Assembly: GCA_934467435.1 (NCBI GenBank) | Contig: CAKSLR010000001.1 | Coordinates: 67 to 64,066, forward strand | DNA: 64,000 nt | From: an uncultured Eubacteriales bacterium | Lineage (GTDB): Bacteria > Bacillota > Clostridia > Oscillospirales > CAG-272 | Direction: 5' to 3' | Shown here: piece by piece, positions 54,272 through 63,088 of the stretch | Position numbering within the stretch: the stretch's first letter is position 1 | Layout of the letters: each line of letters begins with the position of its first letter | Notes under the pieces: model-generated | What the model saw: the letters and a program-made list of their open reading frames with translations, nothing else | Database searches by the model: none | What the model was told of the DNA's origin: nothing | Made by a program: the position numbers and the translations under genes

Positions 54272-54811
54272 TCAATTCTTCTCGTAAACTTCCCGCCGTA
54301 GGACATAAATGGCGGGGAGGGTACGGTACTTTTCCGCGTAGTCCAGCCCATAGCCGACGACAAACTCGTTCGGCACCCGGAAGCCGCAGTAAGAGACTTC
54401 CACGGGGGTGACCCGCCGCTCGGGCTTATCGAGCAGCGTGCAGATGCGGACCGAGGCAGGATTCCGCGATTCGATGAGCGATTTGAGGTAGGAAAGCGTG
54501 GTGCCGCTATCGACCATATCCTCCACGATAATCACGTGCCGTCCGGCAATCGGGCGGTCAATATCCTTAATCATGCGGACGCGGCCGGTGGTCTGCGTAT
54601 CCCCGCCGTAACTGGAGACCGACATGAACTCCAGTTCCGCCGGAATGGTGAGGCTTTTGGTCAGATCGGCAAAGAAGTAGATGCTGCCCTTCAGGATGCA
54701 GACAAACAGGGGGTCAAGCCCAGCATAATCCCGGTCAAGTTCTGCCGCCAGTTGGGCAACGCGCGCGGCAATCTCCTCCCGGCTGATAAGGACTTTTTCG
54801 TATTCTTGCAT
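54272..54811 (-). CDS. hpt: Hypoxanthine phosphoribosyltransferase
   Basis: VCILKGSIYFFADL and the VIIVEDMVDSGTTL PRPP-binding motif. Confidence 0.9.
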   Translation of the reverse strand: MQEYEKVLISREEIAARVAQLAAELDRDYAGLDPLFVCILKGSIYFFADLTKSLTIPAELEFMSVSSYGGDTQTTGRVRMIKDIDRPIAGRHVIIVEDMVDSGTTLSYLKSLIESRNPASVRICTLLDKPERRVTPVEVSYCGFRVPNEFVVGYGLDYAEKYRTLPAIYVLRREVYEKN

Positions 54812-54838
54812 GGTGTTCTCCTTTTTTGGGGGATGTCC

Positions 54839-55903
54839 TTACAGCCCGAGGCGGTCCACGGTCTTGTAAAGCGACTCGATATACGCGCGGCGGCGGGCGC
54901 AGGTGTTCTGCATCTCGCTGATCTGTTCGCGCGTGAACTTGTCAAGGTCGCCTTCCTTCAGTTTGTTCTTATACATCCGGTCAAGAATCAGCGCGTAGTG
55001 GATGTCAACGGCGCAGATTTCGTTATTGCAGTCGCAGATGACCTCGTTCGAATGCCCCTTGAACAGCTCGTCCACCGCAAATTCACCCATGCGGGAGGCA
55101 AGCAGACGGTCACGCAGGCTGGGTACGCCGCCGCGGATGACGTGGGCAAGGCGGGCAAAGCGCGACTCCACGCCCGTTTCCTCTTCGATGCGGGCGGTCA
55201 GCTTCTCCGAGAAATCATGCCCGAGCCCCTCGGACACCACAATGATGAAGTTCCGCTTGCCGAGGGCGCGGGAGTGCTTCATTTTGGCAATCAGCGCATT
55301 TTCATCAAACGGAATCTCGGGTACCACAACGGCGGTGGCGCCGACGGCAATGCCGGTTTGCAGCGCGATATCGCCGCAGTCACGCCCCATGACCTCCACC
55401 ACGCTGCAACGGGCATGGGACTCACAGGTATCGCGCAGGCGGTCGATCATTTCGATGCAGGTATTCATCGCCGTATCGAAGCCGATGGTATAATCGGTGG
55501 CGGTAATGTCGTTATCAATGGTGCCGGGCAGCCCGATGCAGGAAACGCCGCGGGCGGTCAGGTCGGTGGCGCCGCGGAAGGTACCGTCGCCGCCGATGGC
55601 AACGATACCGTCGATATTATGCTTGCGGCAGGTCGCCATGGCAGCCTGCATGCCCTCTTCGGTCTTGAACATGGGGCTGCGCGCCGTATAAAGGAACGTG
55701 CCGCCATGGTTGACGATATTGGAAACATCGCGGATGCCGAGCGGGCGGATATCGTCGTGGATCAGCCCTTCATAGCCCGATACAATGCCGACCACCTCTA
55801 CACCGTTGGCAATGGCGGAGCGGGTCACGGCACGGATGGCGGCGTTCATGCCGGGCGCATCTCCGCCCGAGGTCAGTACACCGATTCTTCTGAAATTCTT
55901 CAT
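54839..55903 (-). CDS. pfkA: ATP-dependent 6-phosphofructokinase
   Basis: IGVLTSGGDAPGMNAAIR, GGDGT and PGTIDNDI. The ATG at 55903 is better spaced from GGGGGA than the one at 55912. Confidence 0.9.
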   Translation of the reverse strand: MKNFRRIGVLTSGGDAPGMNAAIRAVTRSAIANGVEVVGIVSGYEGLIHDDIRPLGIRDVSNIVNHGGTFLYTARSPMFKTEEGMQAAMATCRKHNIDGIVAIGGDGTFRGATDLTARGVSCIGLPGTIDNDITATDYTIGFDTAMNTCIEMIDRLRDTCESHARCSVVEVMGRDCGDIALQTGIAVGATAVVVPEIPFDENALIAKMKHSRALGKRNFIIVVSEGLGHDFSEKLTARIEEETGVESRFARLAHVIRGGVPSLRDRLLASRMGEFAVDELFKGHSNEVICDCNNEICAVDIHYALILDRMYKNKLKEGDLDKFTREQISEMQNTCARRRAYIESLYKTVDRLGL

Positions 55904-55929
55904 GGAAAACATCCCCCTTTACAGGATAA

Positions 55930-56568
55930 TTATAATGACAGAAATGAGGCGTCCTCCGCCCGGCAGAGAACCATGGCAATTCCGGTCTCCCCGGAATAGG
56001 CAACAAGGACGCGGGCGCCGGCATAATCCGCATAGCGGACGGCGGCGCGGGGTGAGGTACGGTAAAGCGGCTCGGTCTTTCCCTCAAACCGCACACCGCC
56101 CTCCCGCAGGGAAAAGACAAATGCACGCGCACCGTGCCGTGCAGGCAGGGCGCGGGTCAGGGTCACTTCATAAAACGCATAGGGAAGCCGGAGCAGGTAA
56201 CGCAGATACAGATACAGCGAAAGCGAGAAAAGCACTCCCGCCGCCGCGGTAGCCGCCGTGATGCCGAAAAGGAACGAAACCAGCGCCGGAGAAAAGGAAA
56301 ACAGCCAAGGCAGAAGAAGCGAGGCAAGCGCAAGGAGCGCCGACGCGCCGCCGAACGCCCCCGCCATATGCCGCAGCAGACGGCGGTGACAGCGGATATC
56401 CACTGCCCCGTCAAGCAGTTCTTTTTTTACCGCCGCATCGAGATGCGGCAGCGGTACGGCTTCCGGGGTTGCCACGGGTGTGCCGGCCGTCTTTCCCCGC
56501 CCGGCGGGCGAGGGGCGGTCTGCCGCGCTCACGGCTGCACCGCGCGCTCCCGCGCGCGGCGGGGGCAA
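55930..56568 (-). CDS. Hypothetical membrane protein
   Basis: Two central hydrophobic helices. The start is uncertain: the ORF-track start overlaps cinA by 40 nt, and the GTG at 56475 is an alternative. Confidence 0.4.
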   Translation of the reverse strand: MPPPRAGARGAAVSAADRPSPAGRGKTAGTPVATPEAVPLPHLDAAVKKELLDGAVDIRCHRRLLRHMAGAFGGASALLALASLLLPWLFSFSPALVSFLFGITAATAAAGVLFSLSLYLYLRYLLRLPYAFYEVTLTRALPARHGARAFVFSLREGGVRFEGKTEPLYRTSPRAAVRYADYAGARVLVAYSGETGIAMVLCRAEDASFLSL

Positions 56569-57038
56569 TCGGAGAGCCGCTCCATCATGGCAAGCACGGC
56601 GGCACGGCGCACCGCCGTACGGTCGCCGGGGAAGGTATAGACTGCGGTTTCGGTCACCCCATCCATCGTCACGCCGATAAACACCCGCCCGACGGGAATT
56701 TCCTCACTGCCGCCGCCGGGGCCGGCAAGCCCCGTGACCGAAACGCCGATGCGGGCGCCGGTGGCACGGCAGACGCCCTCCGCCATGGCGGCGGCAACCG
56801 GGGCAGAAACGGCGGTATATGCCGCCAGTGCCGGCGCAGGAACGCCGAGCAGCTTTTCTTTGACGCCGTTGGTATAAGACACCACACCGCCGAGAAATAC
56901 CTCGCTTGCCCCCGGAACATCCACAAGGGTCTTGGAAAACCAGCCGCCCGTGCAGGATTCGGCAGCCGAGAGCGTCAGTCCCGCTTCCGCAAACGCCGAA
57001 AGCAGTTCCGCCGCGGCGGCAAAAAGTTCGTCCTTCAT
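56529..57038 (-). CDS. CinA-family nicotinamide-nucleotide amidohydrolase domain protein (PncC-like)
   Basis: Start MKDELFAAAAELL. LSAAESCTGGW, GVVSYTN and VTGLAGPGGG. Confidence 0.8.
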   Translation of the reverse strand: MKDELFAAAAELLSAFAEAGLTLSAAESCTGGWFSKTLVDVPGASEVFLGGVVSYTNGVKEKLLGVPAPALAAYTAVSAPVAAAMAEGVCRATGARIGVSVTGLAGPGGGSEEIPVGRVFIGVTMDGVTETAVYTFPGDRTAVRRAAVLAMMERLSDCPRRARERAVQP

Positions 57039-57226
57039 CTCTCCCTCTCCTCTCCCTGCCGCGGGGGCAGGCAAGATTCCTTTCCGGAGGACACTCCACT
57101 CCCGCCATTATACAACAAAGCGGGGGCTTTTACAATATCTTTCCCGGAAATTTTTTCGCCCGCGCAAAAGGCAGGGCGCGAGACTTGATTTTTTTGGCAC
57201 CGTGTGCTACAATACGGGGGAAGTGC

Positions 57227-57252
57227 GAAAAAAGCGCGGGGCACACCGCGCT
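57227..57252 (-). terminator. Intrinsic terminator of the 57277-58116 gene
   Basis: AGCGCGG-tgtgcc-CCGCGCT, followed on the minus strand by TTTTTTCGC. Confidence 0.7.
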
Positions 57253-57276
57253 GATTCCGTCAACCGAAGTCGTCCG

Positions 57277-58116
57277 TCAACCGAAGTCGTCCGCCACCCG
57301 CTTCTCCTCCGCCTTGGCATCGTGCCGCCGCTTGCATTTTTTCAGGAGGCAGACAATGCCGCAGGGAACAAAATAGGGCAGCGAAAGATAGACCGCGAGC
57401 ACCCCGATGGTGTAAAGCACGGGCGAAAAATGGTAAACCGCACCGACAAAGGGCATCACATCCCCCAACCGGTAGGGGTGAGAAATAAACATCATATTGC
57501 AGTTGGCAATATCGTCAAACAACCCGTAAATGAGGTTGACCGCGAGCGCCAGCCCGCATGCCGGAACGCTGAAAAGCAGGTACTGCACATACCCGCGGCG
57601 GTTGTAGTGAAAATACCCGTTCAGCAGATACGAAAGCCCCACGTACATCATGACCGTATGGAATGCCATGCTGTAGCAGGAAAGAAAATGGAACATAGGG
57701 TAGGTGGCAACCGAGGTCATGGGCAGAATGAGGAAGGCGAACCCGCCGACAATGCCGCCGCCGACGATAAAGCCCTTGCCCATCTCGTGCACCTTTTTGT
57801 TGCCGCAGGCAATCATCCAGTAGGCGTAGATGGAAAGCGAACAGTAGGTCAGGGGCAGCCAGTGATTCGGCGTCATGCCGCCGTGCACCCAGTTGAAGAG
57901 GATTTTGCAGCACTCAAGCAGGGTGACGGGAATGGCGATGTCCAGCACGATTTTATCCAGCTGCTCTTCTTTCATCCCGCGGGACAGGTGCAGGCAGACG
58001 GCAAGAATGGCAAAGCAGACTGCCGTGACGATCAGATGGGTGGGAGAAAACATGCCGCACGCCGTGACGCCGGCTGCCGCCATATCCCCTTCCCAGATCA
58101 GGAAATGAGAAAACAT
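57277..58116 (-). CDS. Multi-pass membrane protein (YwaF/TMEM164-like)
   Basis: Start MFSHFLIW at 58116 after AAGGAGG. About 8 hydrophobic helices. The ORF-track N-terminal extension is rejected. Confidence 0.55.
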   Translation of the reverse strand: MFSHFLIWEGDMAAAGVTACGMFSPTHLIVTAVCFAILAVCLHLSRGMKEEQLDKIVLDIAIPVTLLECCKILFNWVHGGMTPNHWLPLTYCSLSIYAYWMIACGNKKVHEMGKGFIVGGGIVGGFAFLILPMTSVATYPMFHFLSCYSMAFHTVMMYVGLSYLLNGYFHYNRRGYVQYLLFSVPACGLALAVNLIYGLFDDIANCNMMFISHPYRLGDVMPFVGAVYHFSPVLYTIGVLAVYLSLPYFVPCGIVCLLKKCKRRHDAKAEEKRVADDFG

Positions 58117-58231
58117 CTGCAAATTCCTCCTTGTGTGCGAAAAAACACGATTACATTCATTGTAACAGAAACGACGAAAAAAAGCAACAGTTTTTCTGTA
58201 AATAAAAAACGAAAACGAAAGGAAAGCGGGC

Positions 58232-58792
58232 ATGAAAAACGAGCATTTGCAGGAGAAGGCGTGCATTCTGGACGCGCCCGCCATGGGGCGGGCGCTGACC
58301 CGCATTGCCCACGAAATTCTGGAAAAGAACAAGGGAACGGAGGGACTGGTGCTGATCGGCATCCGCCGCCGCGGCGTGCCGCTTGCCGAGCGGATTGCCG
58401 CGCGCATCCGGGAGATTGAGGGGGTCGAGGTGCCGGTCGGCGCGCTGGATATTACCTTTTACCGCGACGACCTCAGCCACATTGCCCCGGCGCCGGTGCT
58501 CCGCCGTGCCGAGGCGGGGGTGCCGATTACCGATTGCCATGTGGTGCTGGTGGACGATGTGATTTACACCGGGCGTACGGTACGCGCCGCCATCGAGGGG
58601 CTGTTTGACCTCGGCAGACCCGCGAACGTCCGCCTTGCCGTGCTGATTGACCGTGGGCAGCGCGAACTGCCCATCCGCCCTGATTTTGTCGGCAAAAATA
58701 TTCCGACGGCGAAAGACGAAGTGGTGCGCGTCCGCGTGACCGAGACCGACGGCGAGGACAGTGTTGCCATTCTTGCCCCCGCCGAAACGTGA
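58232..58792 (+). CDS. pyrR: Pyrimidine operon regulator / uracil phosphoribosyltransferase PyrR
   Basis: [35 protein letters not shown] and the [21 protein letters not shown] motif. Confidence 0.9.
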   Translation: MKNEHLQEKACILDAPAMGRALTRIAHEILEKNKGTEGLVLIGIRRRGVPLAERIAARIREIEGVEVPVGALDITFYRDDLSHIAPAPVLRRAEAGVPITDCHVVLVDDVIYTGRTVRAAIEGLFDLGRPANVRLAVLIDRGQRELPIRPDFVGKNIPTAKDEVVRVRVTETDGEDSVAILAPAET

Positions 58793-58878
58793 CGCCGGAG
58801 CATGCCGGTTGAAAGCAGTTCCGGGCGCGAATCCGTCTGACCGGAAGAAAAAACCTTTGCAAAAAAGCGCCGCGTCGC

Positions 58879-58919
58879 AAAAAAGCAGCCGCCGAACGGG
58901 GTTCGGCGGCTGCTTTTTT
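58879..58919. terminator. Bidirectional terminator (pyrR and the 58919-59338 gene)
   Basis: GCAGCCGCCGAAC-ggg-GTTCGGCGGCTGC (13 bp), flanked by AAAAAA and TTTTTT. Confidence 0.85.
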
Positions 58920-59338
58920 CAGCGAAGGAAGAACCGGAGAGCGGGCTCTACATTCCCATTCTGCCCGAGTGCCTTCTTAATCATTTCCATATACTGCCTC
59001 ATGAACTCTTCCATCTCCGCGTCGCTCATACCGGGCGCCGTGAGGGTCGTGTAAATGAGGTACGCGACAATCGCCAGACCGATGATGCCGCAAACCAGCC
59101 CCGCGATGCTCATGCCGTCCAGCTGCCCGAGCCGCGAGCGGCTGATGAAGGCAAACACAATGGCAAGCACGGCGCAAACGCCGGCAACGGGAAAGAGGCA
59201 GCAGCAGACAAGGGAGAGAATACCGAGAACAAGAGAAGCGACCGAAAACGCGGCGCTCTTCTTCTCTTCGTTGCCGAGATTCAGATCCGGCACGTCGTTT
59301 GAGGGGACTTCCCCCTCCTGCGGGTCATTCTGATTCAT
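58919..59338 (-). CDS. Small membrane protein (DUF4190-like)
   Basis: Start MNQNDPQEGE at 59338 after GGAGGAAAC. Two Cys-rich TM helices. The rest of ORF-track 58919..60088 is antisense to the HAD gene and is rejected. Confidence 0.55.
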   Translation of the reverse strand: MNQNDPQEGEVPSNDVPDLNLGNEEKKSAAFSVASLVLGILSLVCCCLFPVAGVCAVLAIVFAFISRSRLGQLDGMSIAGLVCGIIGLAIVAYLIYTTLTAPGMSDAEMEEFMRQYMEMIKKALGQNGNVEPALRFFLR

Positions 59339-59494
59339 GAAAGTTTCCTCCGAACCTATATAAGTTACCATTATTATAGCAGGGAGACAGAAAAAAATCA
59401 ATCGTTTTTTGAAAAAAAGCGTGCAATCTTTGCGCGGATGTGATACAATAGGAGGGTGTTTTCCGTGCCACGACGGCGGAGAGGAGTTTTTTCG

Positions 59495-60289
59495 ATGAAC
59501 GAGATGGGGGATCTTTGTGCCCTGCGGGCAAAAAAGGCGTTTTTGTGCGATATGGACGGGGTGATCTATCACGGCAGCAAACTGATTCCGCATGTGGCGG
59601 AATTTGTTTCGTGGCTGGAGCGGGAGAAAAAGGACTACCTGTTTCTCACGAACGGCTCGGGAAAATCGCCGCGCGAACTTTCGGAGAAACTGGAGCGCAT
59701 GGGGCTTTCGGTTTCCGAGGATCATTTTTACACCAGCGCGCTGGCAACCGCCTCGTTCCTTGCAGGGCAATGCCCCGGCGGCACGGCTTACGTGATCGGG
59801 GAGCCGGGGCTGGTGAACGCCATGTACGAGGCGGGCTTTTCGATGAACAGCCACGACCCCGACTATGTGGTATTCGGCAAGACCACCTCGCTCGGCTACG
59901 GGGAGATTGAGCGGGCGGTGAAGCTCATTCAGCGCGGCGCCAAACTGATCGGTACCAACCCCGACCTGACCGACCCGGCAGAGGACGGATTTGTACCCGC
60001 CTGCCGGGCGCTGATTGCGCCGATTGAACTTTCCACCGGTAAGCGCGCCTACTACATCGGCAAACCGAACCCGCTGATGATGCGCCATGCGCTGAAAACG
60101 CTGGGCTGCCGCCGGGAGGAAGCGGTCATCATCGGCGACCGCATGGATACCGACATCATTGCCGGCATTGAAAGCGAACTGGATACCGTGCTGGTGCTCT
60201 CGGGCGTCAGCACGCGCGAAACGGTGCGGGATTTTGCTTACCGCCCGAAATACATACTGGAGGATGTGGGCGCCATCGCCCTCTCATAA
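59495..60289 (+). CDS. HAD-superfamily subfamily IIA phosphatase (NagD-like)
   Basis: FLCDMDGVIYHG (DxDG), FLTNGS and IGDRMDTDI. Confidence 0.8.
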   Translation: MNEMGDLCALRAKKAFLCDMDGVIYHGSKLIPHVAEFVSWLEREKKDYLFLTNGSGKSPRELSEKLERMGLSVSEDHFYTSALATASFLAGQCPGGTAYVIGEPGLVNAMYEAGFSMNSHDPDYVVFGKTTSLGYGEIERAVKLIQRGAKLIGTNPDLTDPAEDGFVPACRALIAPIELSTGKRAYYIGKPNPLMMRHALKTLGCRREEAVIIGDRMDTDIIAGIESELDTVLVLSGVSTRETVRDFAYRPKYILEDVGAIALS

Positions 60290-60296
60290 AACCGAC

Positions 60297-61709
60297 ATGA
60301 AATCTACCCTGACCAAAACCGGGCGCGCCGCGTTTTACCGCGAGGCGCTTGCCCTTGCCCTGCCCATTGCCTTTCAGAACCTGCTGACCTCCTGCGCCAC
60401 CCTGATCGATACCGCCATGGTCACGGGGCTGGGCAATGCTGCCGTTTCCGCCATGGGGGTTGCCGCGCGCTTCAGTTTTCTTCTGAACGTGGTCTGCTTC
60501 GGCTTTGCCTCGGGTTGCTCGGCGCTGCTTTCGCAGTACTGGGGGGCGCGGGATGTGCCGAACGTCCGCCGCACCATGGGCTTTGCCCTCTCGCTTTCTC
60601 TTTCGTTCGGGGCGCTTTACGCCGTGGCGCTTGCCCTCTTCCCCACGTGGCTTGCCTCGGTTTTCACAGGGGAAGAACGCATCGTCAACATGGCTGCCGA
60701 ATACCTTCTGACCTTCGCGGCGGCGGTGCTGCCGCTGGTATTCTCCCAGGTGCTTTGCATCTCGTTGCGGGCGGTGGAAAACATCCGCCTGCCGCTTCTG
60801 TCTTCCGCCGTATCGGTCGTGGTCAATACCTCGCTCAACTATTGCCTGATTGAAGGGCGTTTCGGCTTTCCTGCCCTCGGGCTGCGCGGGGCTGCCCTTG
60901 CTTCCGCCGTTGGCTGTGCCGTGCAGACGGTTTTCCTTTTGGTAGCGGTGGAAGTGACGAACAACCCCTTCCGCGGGGCGTTTCGCGACCTCTTCCGCTT
61001 TGACCGTCCTTTCTGCCGCAAGTATTTTCACATTGCGGTACCCGCGCTGCTCAACGAAACACTCTGGGCGGTGGGCACCAACGTCTATACCATGGTGTTT
61101 GCCCGCCAGGGAGTGGAAAACCACGCGGGTTATACGTTGTATGAGAACATCCAGCAACTCTTCTTCGTCTTTTTCGTCGGCATCTGCGGTGCCTGCTCGG
61201 TCATGGTAGGCATGCGCGTGGGCAGGGGCGACCACGAGGATGCCTATGCCGCCGCGCGGCGGTTTGCCATCATGACCCCGCTTGCCGGGGTGGTGCTCGG
61301 CGGGGCGCTGATTCTTCTGCGGGAACCGCTGCTTTCCCTCTTCCCGATCGAAACGGCGGCAGCCGAGGCGGTTGCCTCTGCCTGCCTTGCCTTTTACGGG
61401 TGCTGGATTGCCATCCGCATGATTCCCTACACCATGATCTGCGGCATTTTTCGCGCCGGGGGCGACACCCGTGCCGGCTGCCTGTTTGACCTGTCCGGGC
61501 TGTATGCGTGCGGAATTCCCGCCGTGCTGGTGGTGGGACTGCTCATCCGCCCCGCCTCGTTTGTGGTTCTTGTTGCCACCATGTTTGTCTTTGAGGACAT
61601 CCCGAAGGGGATCCTCTGCGTGCGGCACTTCCGCTCGCGCCGCTGGATCAAACAGATTACTGTGGTGCCCGAAGTCCCCACCGAAGCAGAGGTTCGGGCG
61701 TGCGACTGA
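60297..61709 (+). CDS. MATE-family efflux transporter
   Basis: Start MKSTLTKTGRAAFYREALALALPIAFQNLL. 12 TM helices in two homologous halves. Confidence 0.85.
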   Translation: MKSTLTKTGRAAFYREALALALPIAFQNLLTSCATLIDTAMVTGLGNAAVSAMGVAARFSFLLNVVCFGFASGCSALLSQYWGARDVPNVRRTMGFALSLSLSFGALYAVALALFPTWLASVFTGEERIVNMAAEYLLTFAAAVLPLVFSQVLCISLRAVENIRLPLLSSAVSVVVNTSLNYCLIEGRFGFPALGLRGAALASAVGCAVQTVFLLVAVEVTNNPFRGAFRDLFRFDRPFCRKYFHIAVPALLNETLWAVGTNVYTMVFARQGVENHAGYTLYENIQQLFFVFFVGICGACSVMVGMRVGRGDHEDAYAAARRFAIMTPLAGVVLGGALILLREPLLSLFPIETAAAEAVASACLAFYGCWIAIRMIPYTMICGIFRAGGDTRAGCLFDLSGLYACGIPAVLVVGLLIRPASFVVLVATMFVFEDIPKGILCVRHFRSRRWIKQITVVPEVPTEAEVRACD

Positions 61710-61712
61710 CCC

Positions 61713-61753
61713 TGCGTGCGGCTGCCAAAACGGCAGCCGCACGCATCTTTTTT
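61713..61753 (+). terminator. Intrinsic terminator of the MATE gene
   Basis: TGCGTGCGGCTGCC-aaaac-GGCAGCCGCACGCA (14 bp) followed by TCTTTTTTG. Confidence 0.85.
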
Positions 61754-61806
61754 GCCATGGCTGCCGCAAAACAGCAAAATTTGTGCAAAAAATCGGTTTT
61801 TCCCTC

Positions 61807-61835
61807 TTGACAAACGTTCCGCGACGTGCTATAAT
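61807..61835 (+). promoter_or_regulatory. Consensus promoter of the T-box leader
   Basis: TTGACA (61807-61812), 17-nt spacer, TATAAT (61830-61835). Confidence 0.65.
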
Positions 61836-61841
61836 GCAAAA

Positions 61842-62085
61842 AACCGTAGAAGCAGAAAAAAGACGGCGAGCCTTTGCCAAGCGAGCGTGGGGCGGTGGGA
61901 GCCACGTGAAGGGTACCGGGGAATATGGGCTGCGGAGGTCGGCGTTCAATGCGCCGCGGGGGCTCCCGTCACAGGGCAAGGGATATGTCGGTATTCCGGA
62001 AAGAGGGTCGCCATGACCGAAACAAGGTGGCACCGCGGCAGAGTTTTTTGTCGCCCTTGATATCAAAGATCAAGGGCGCTTTTTG
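61842..62085 (+). promoter_or_regulatory. T-box riboswitch leader, probable Trp specifier (UGG)
   Basis: Stem I elements AGCGAG (AG bay) and GGTGGGA (distal loop). Specifier loop ...GGGGAAUAUGGG immediately before the closing helix CUGC/GCAG. T-box core AACAAGGTGGCACCGCGG (62021-62038). Terminator CGCCCTTGAT-atcaaag-ATCAAGGGCG + TTTTT (62052-62084). Confidence 0.8.
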
Positions 62086-62113
62086 TTTTGCGCCCGAAAA
62101 GGAGGAATTTTTC

Positions 62114-63088
62114 ATGAAACGTGTCCTTTCCCTGCTCACACTTGTCGCGCTGCTCGTTCTCGGTGCCTCGTTTGCCGGCTGCGCCGAGGAGCGCCCGCTC
62201 ATCGGTATCCTGCGGTTCGGTCCGCACGCCTCGCTCACCCACTGTTACGATGGGGTGATTGCGGGGCTTGAGGAGGGCGGCGTGGATCTTTCCGCCTATG
62301 AAATTCTCTCGCTCGACAGCAATTTTGACACCAACGTGGCGCAAAGCCAGGCAAAGAGCCTGGTCAACCGCGGGGCAAAGGTGGTGATTGCCATTGCCAC
62401 GCCCGCGGCGCTTGCCGCGGCAAACGCCGCAGCGGAGCGTGACGTGCCGGTGGTCTATTGCGCCGTGACCGACACGGCGGTGATGGCAAATTACGAAAAC
62501 GTAACCGGTTCTTCGGATATCCCCGATTTTGCAGGGCAACTCACACTCATCACCCGCTTTCTTGAAAAAGAAGAGATCACCGTCGGAGTGCTCCGCTCCG
62601 CCGAGGAATCCGGCTCCGCCTTTCAGGTAGCGGCGCTGCGGGATGCCGCCGAGGCATACGGCGGGCGCGTGAAGATTGTCGATACCCTCGTCAGCGACAT
62701 CACCACCATTGACGCGCGCCTTGCGTCTCTCATCGAAGGGGAGCGGGTGGACTGCCTGCTCAACCTGCTGGATAACACCATCGTCGGCAAACTCTCCTCC
62801 CACATTCTGCCCGCGGCGAACGCGGCGGGCATTCCCGTGTTCGGTTCGGAGATCGAGCAGGTGAAGGCGGGCTGCGTGGCAAGCGCCACGCTCGACTACC
62901 GCGAGGTGGGTCGGCTTGCCGGCATCTCGGCATCTGCCGTGCTCCGCGGCGTACCGGCCGGGGAACTGCCCGTGCGGACGGTGACGAACGCCTCCTACAC
63001 CTACAACGCCGCGGCGTGCCGGGCGCTCGGACTGACGGTGCCGGGGGATCTGCCTCTGCTGCCGGCGGACGAGGAGGGGGCGGCATGA
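62114..63088 (+). CDS. ABC transporter substrate-binding lipoprotein (COG2984 / ABC_sub_bind family, Trp/Tyr-type)
   Basis: Start MKRVLSLLTLVALLVLGASFAGC (lipobox) after GGAGG. IGILRFGPHASL...VIAIATPAA...VVYCAVTD pattern of the PF04392-type SBPs. Confidence 0.75.
   Translation: MKRVLSLLTLVALLVLGASFAGCAEERPLIGILRFGPHASLTHCYDGVIAGLEEGGVDLSAYEILSLDSNFDTNVAQSQAKSLVNRGAKVVIAIATPAALAAANAAAERDVPVVYCAVTDTAVMANYENVTGSSDIPDFAGQLTLITRFLEKEEITVGVLRSAEESGSAFQVAALRDAAEAYGGRVKIVDTLVSDITTIDARLASLIEGERVDCLLNLLDNTIVGKLSSHILPAANAAGIPVFGSEIEQVKAGCVASATLDYREVGRLAGISASAVLRGVPAGELPVRTVTNASYTYNAAACRALGLTVPGDLPLLPADEEGAA

Noticed and set aside
58117-58231. PyrR-binding anti-antiterminator leader upstream of pyrR.
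   Set aside because: I could not find the conserved PyrR-binding loop (ARUCCAGAGAGGYU-like). pyrR is followed directly by a terminator rather than by pyr biosynthetic genes.
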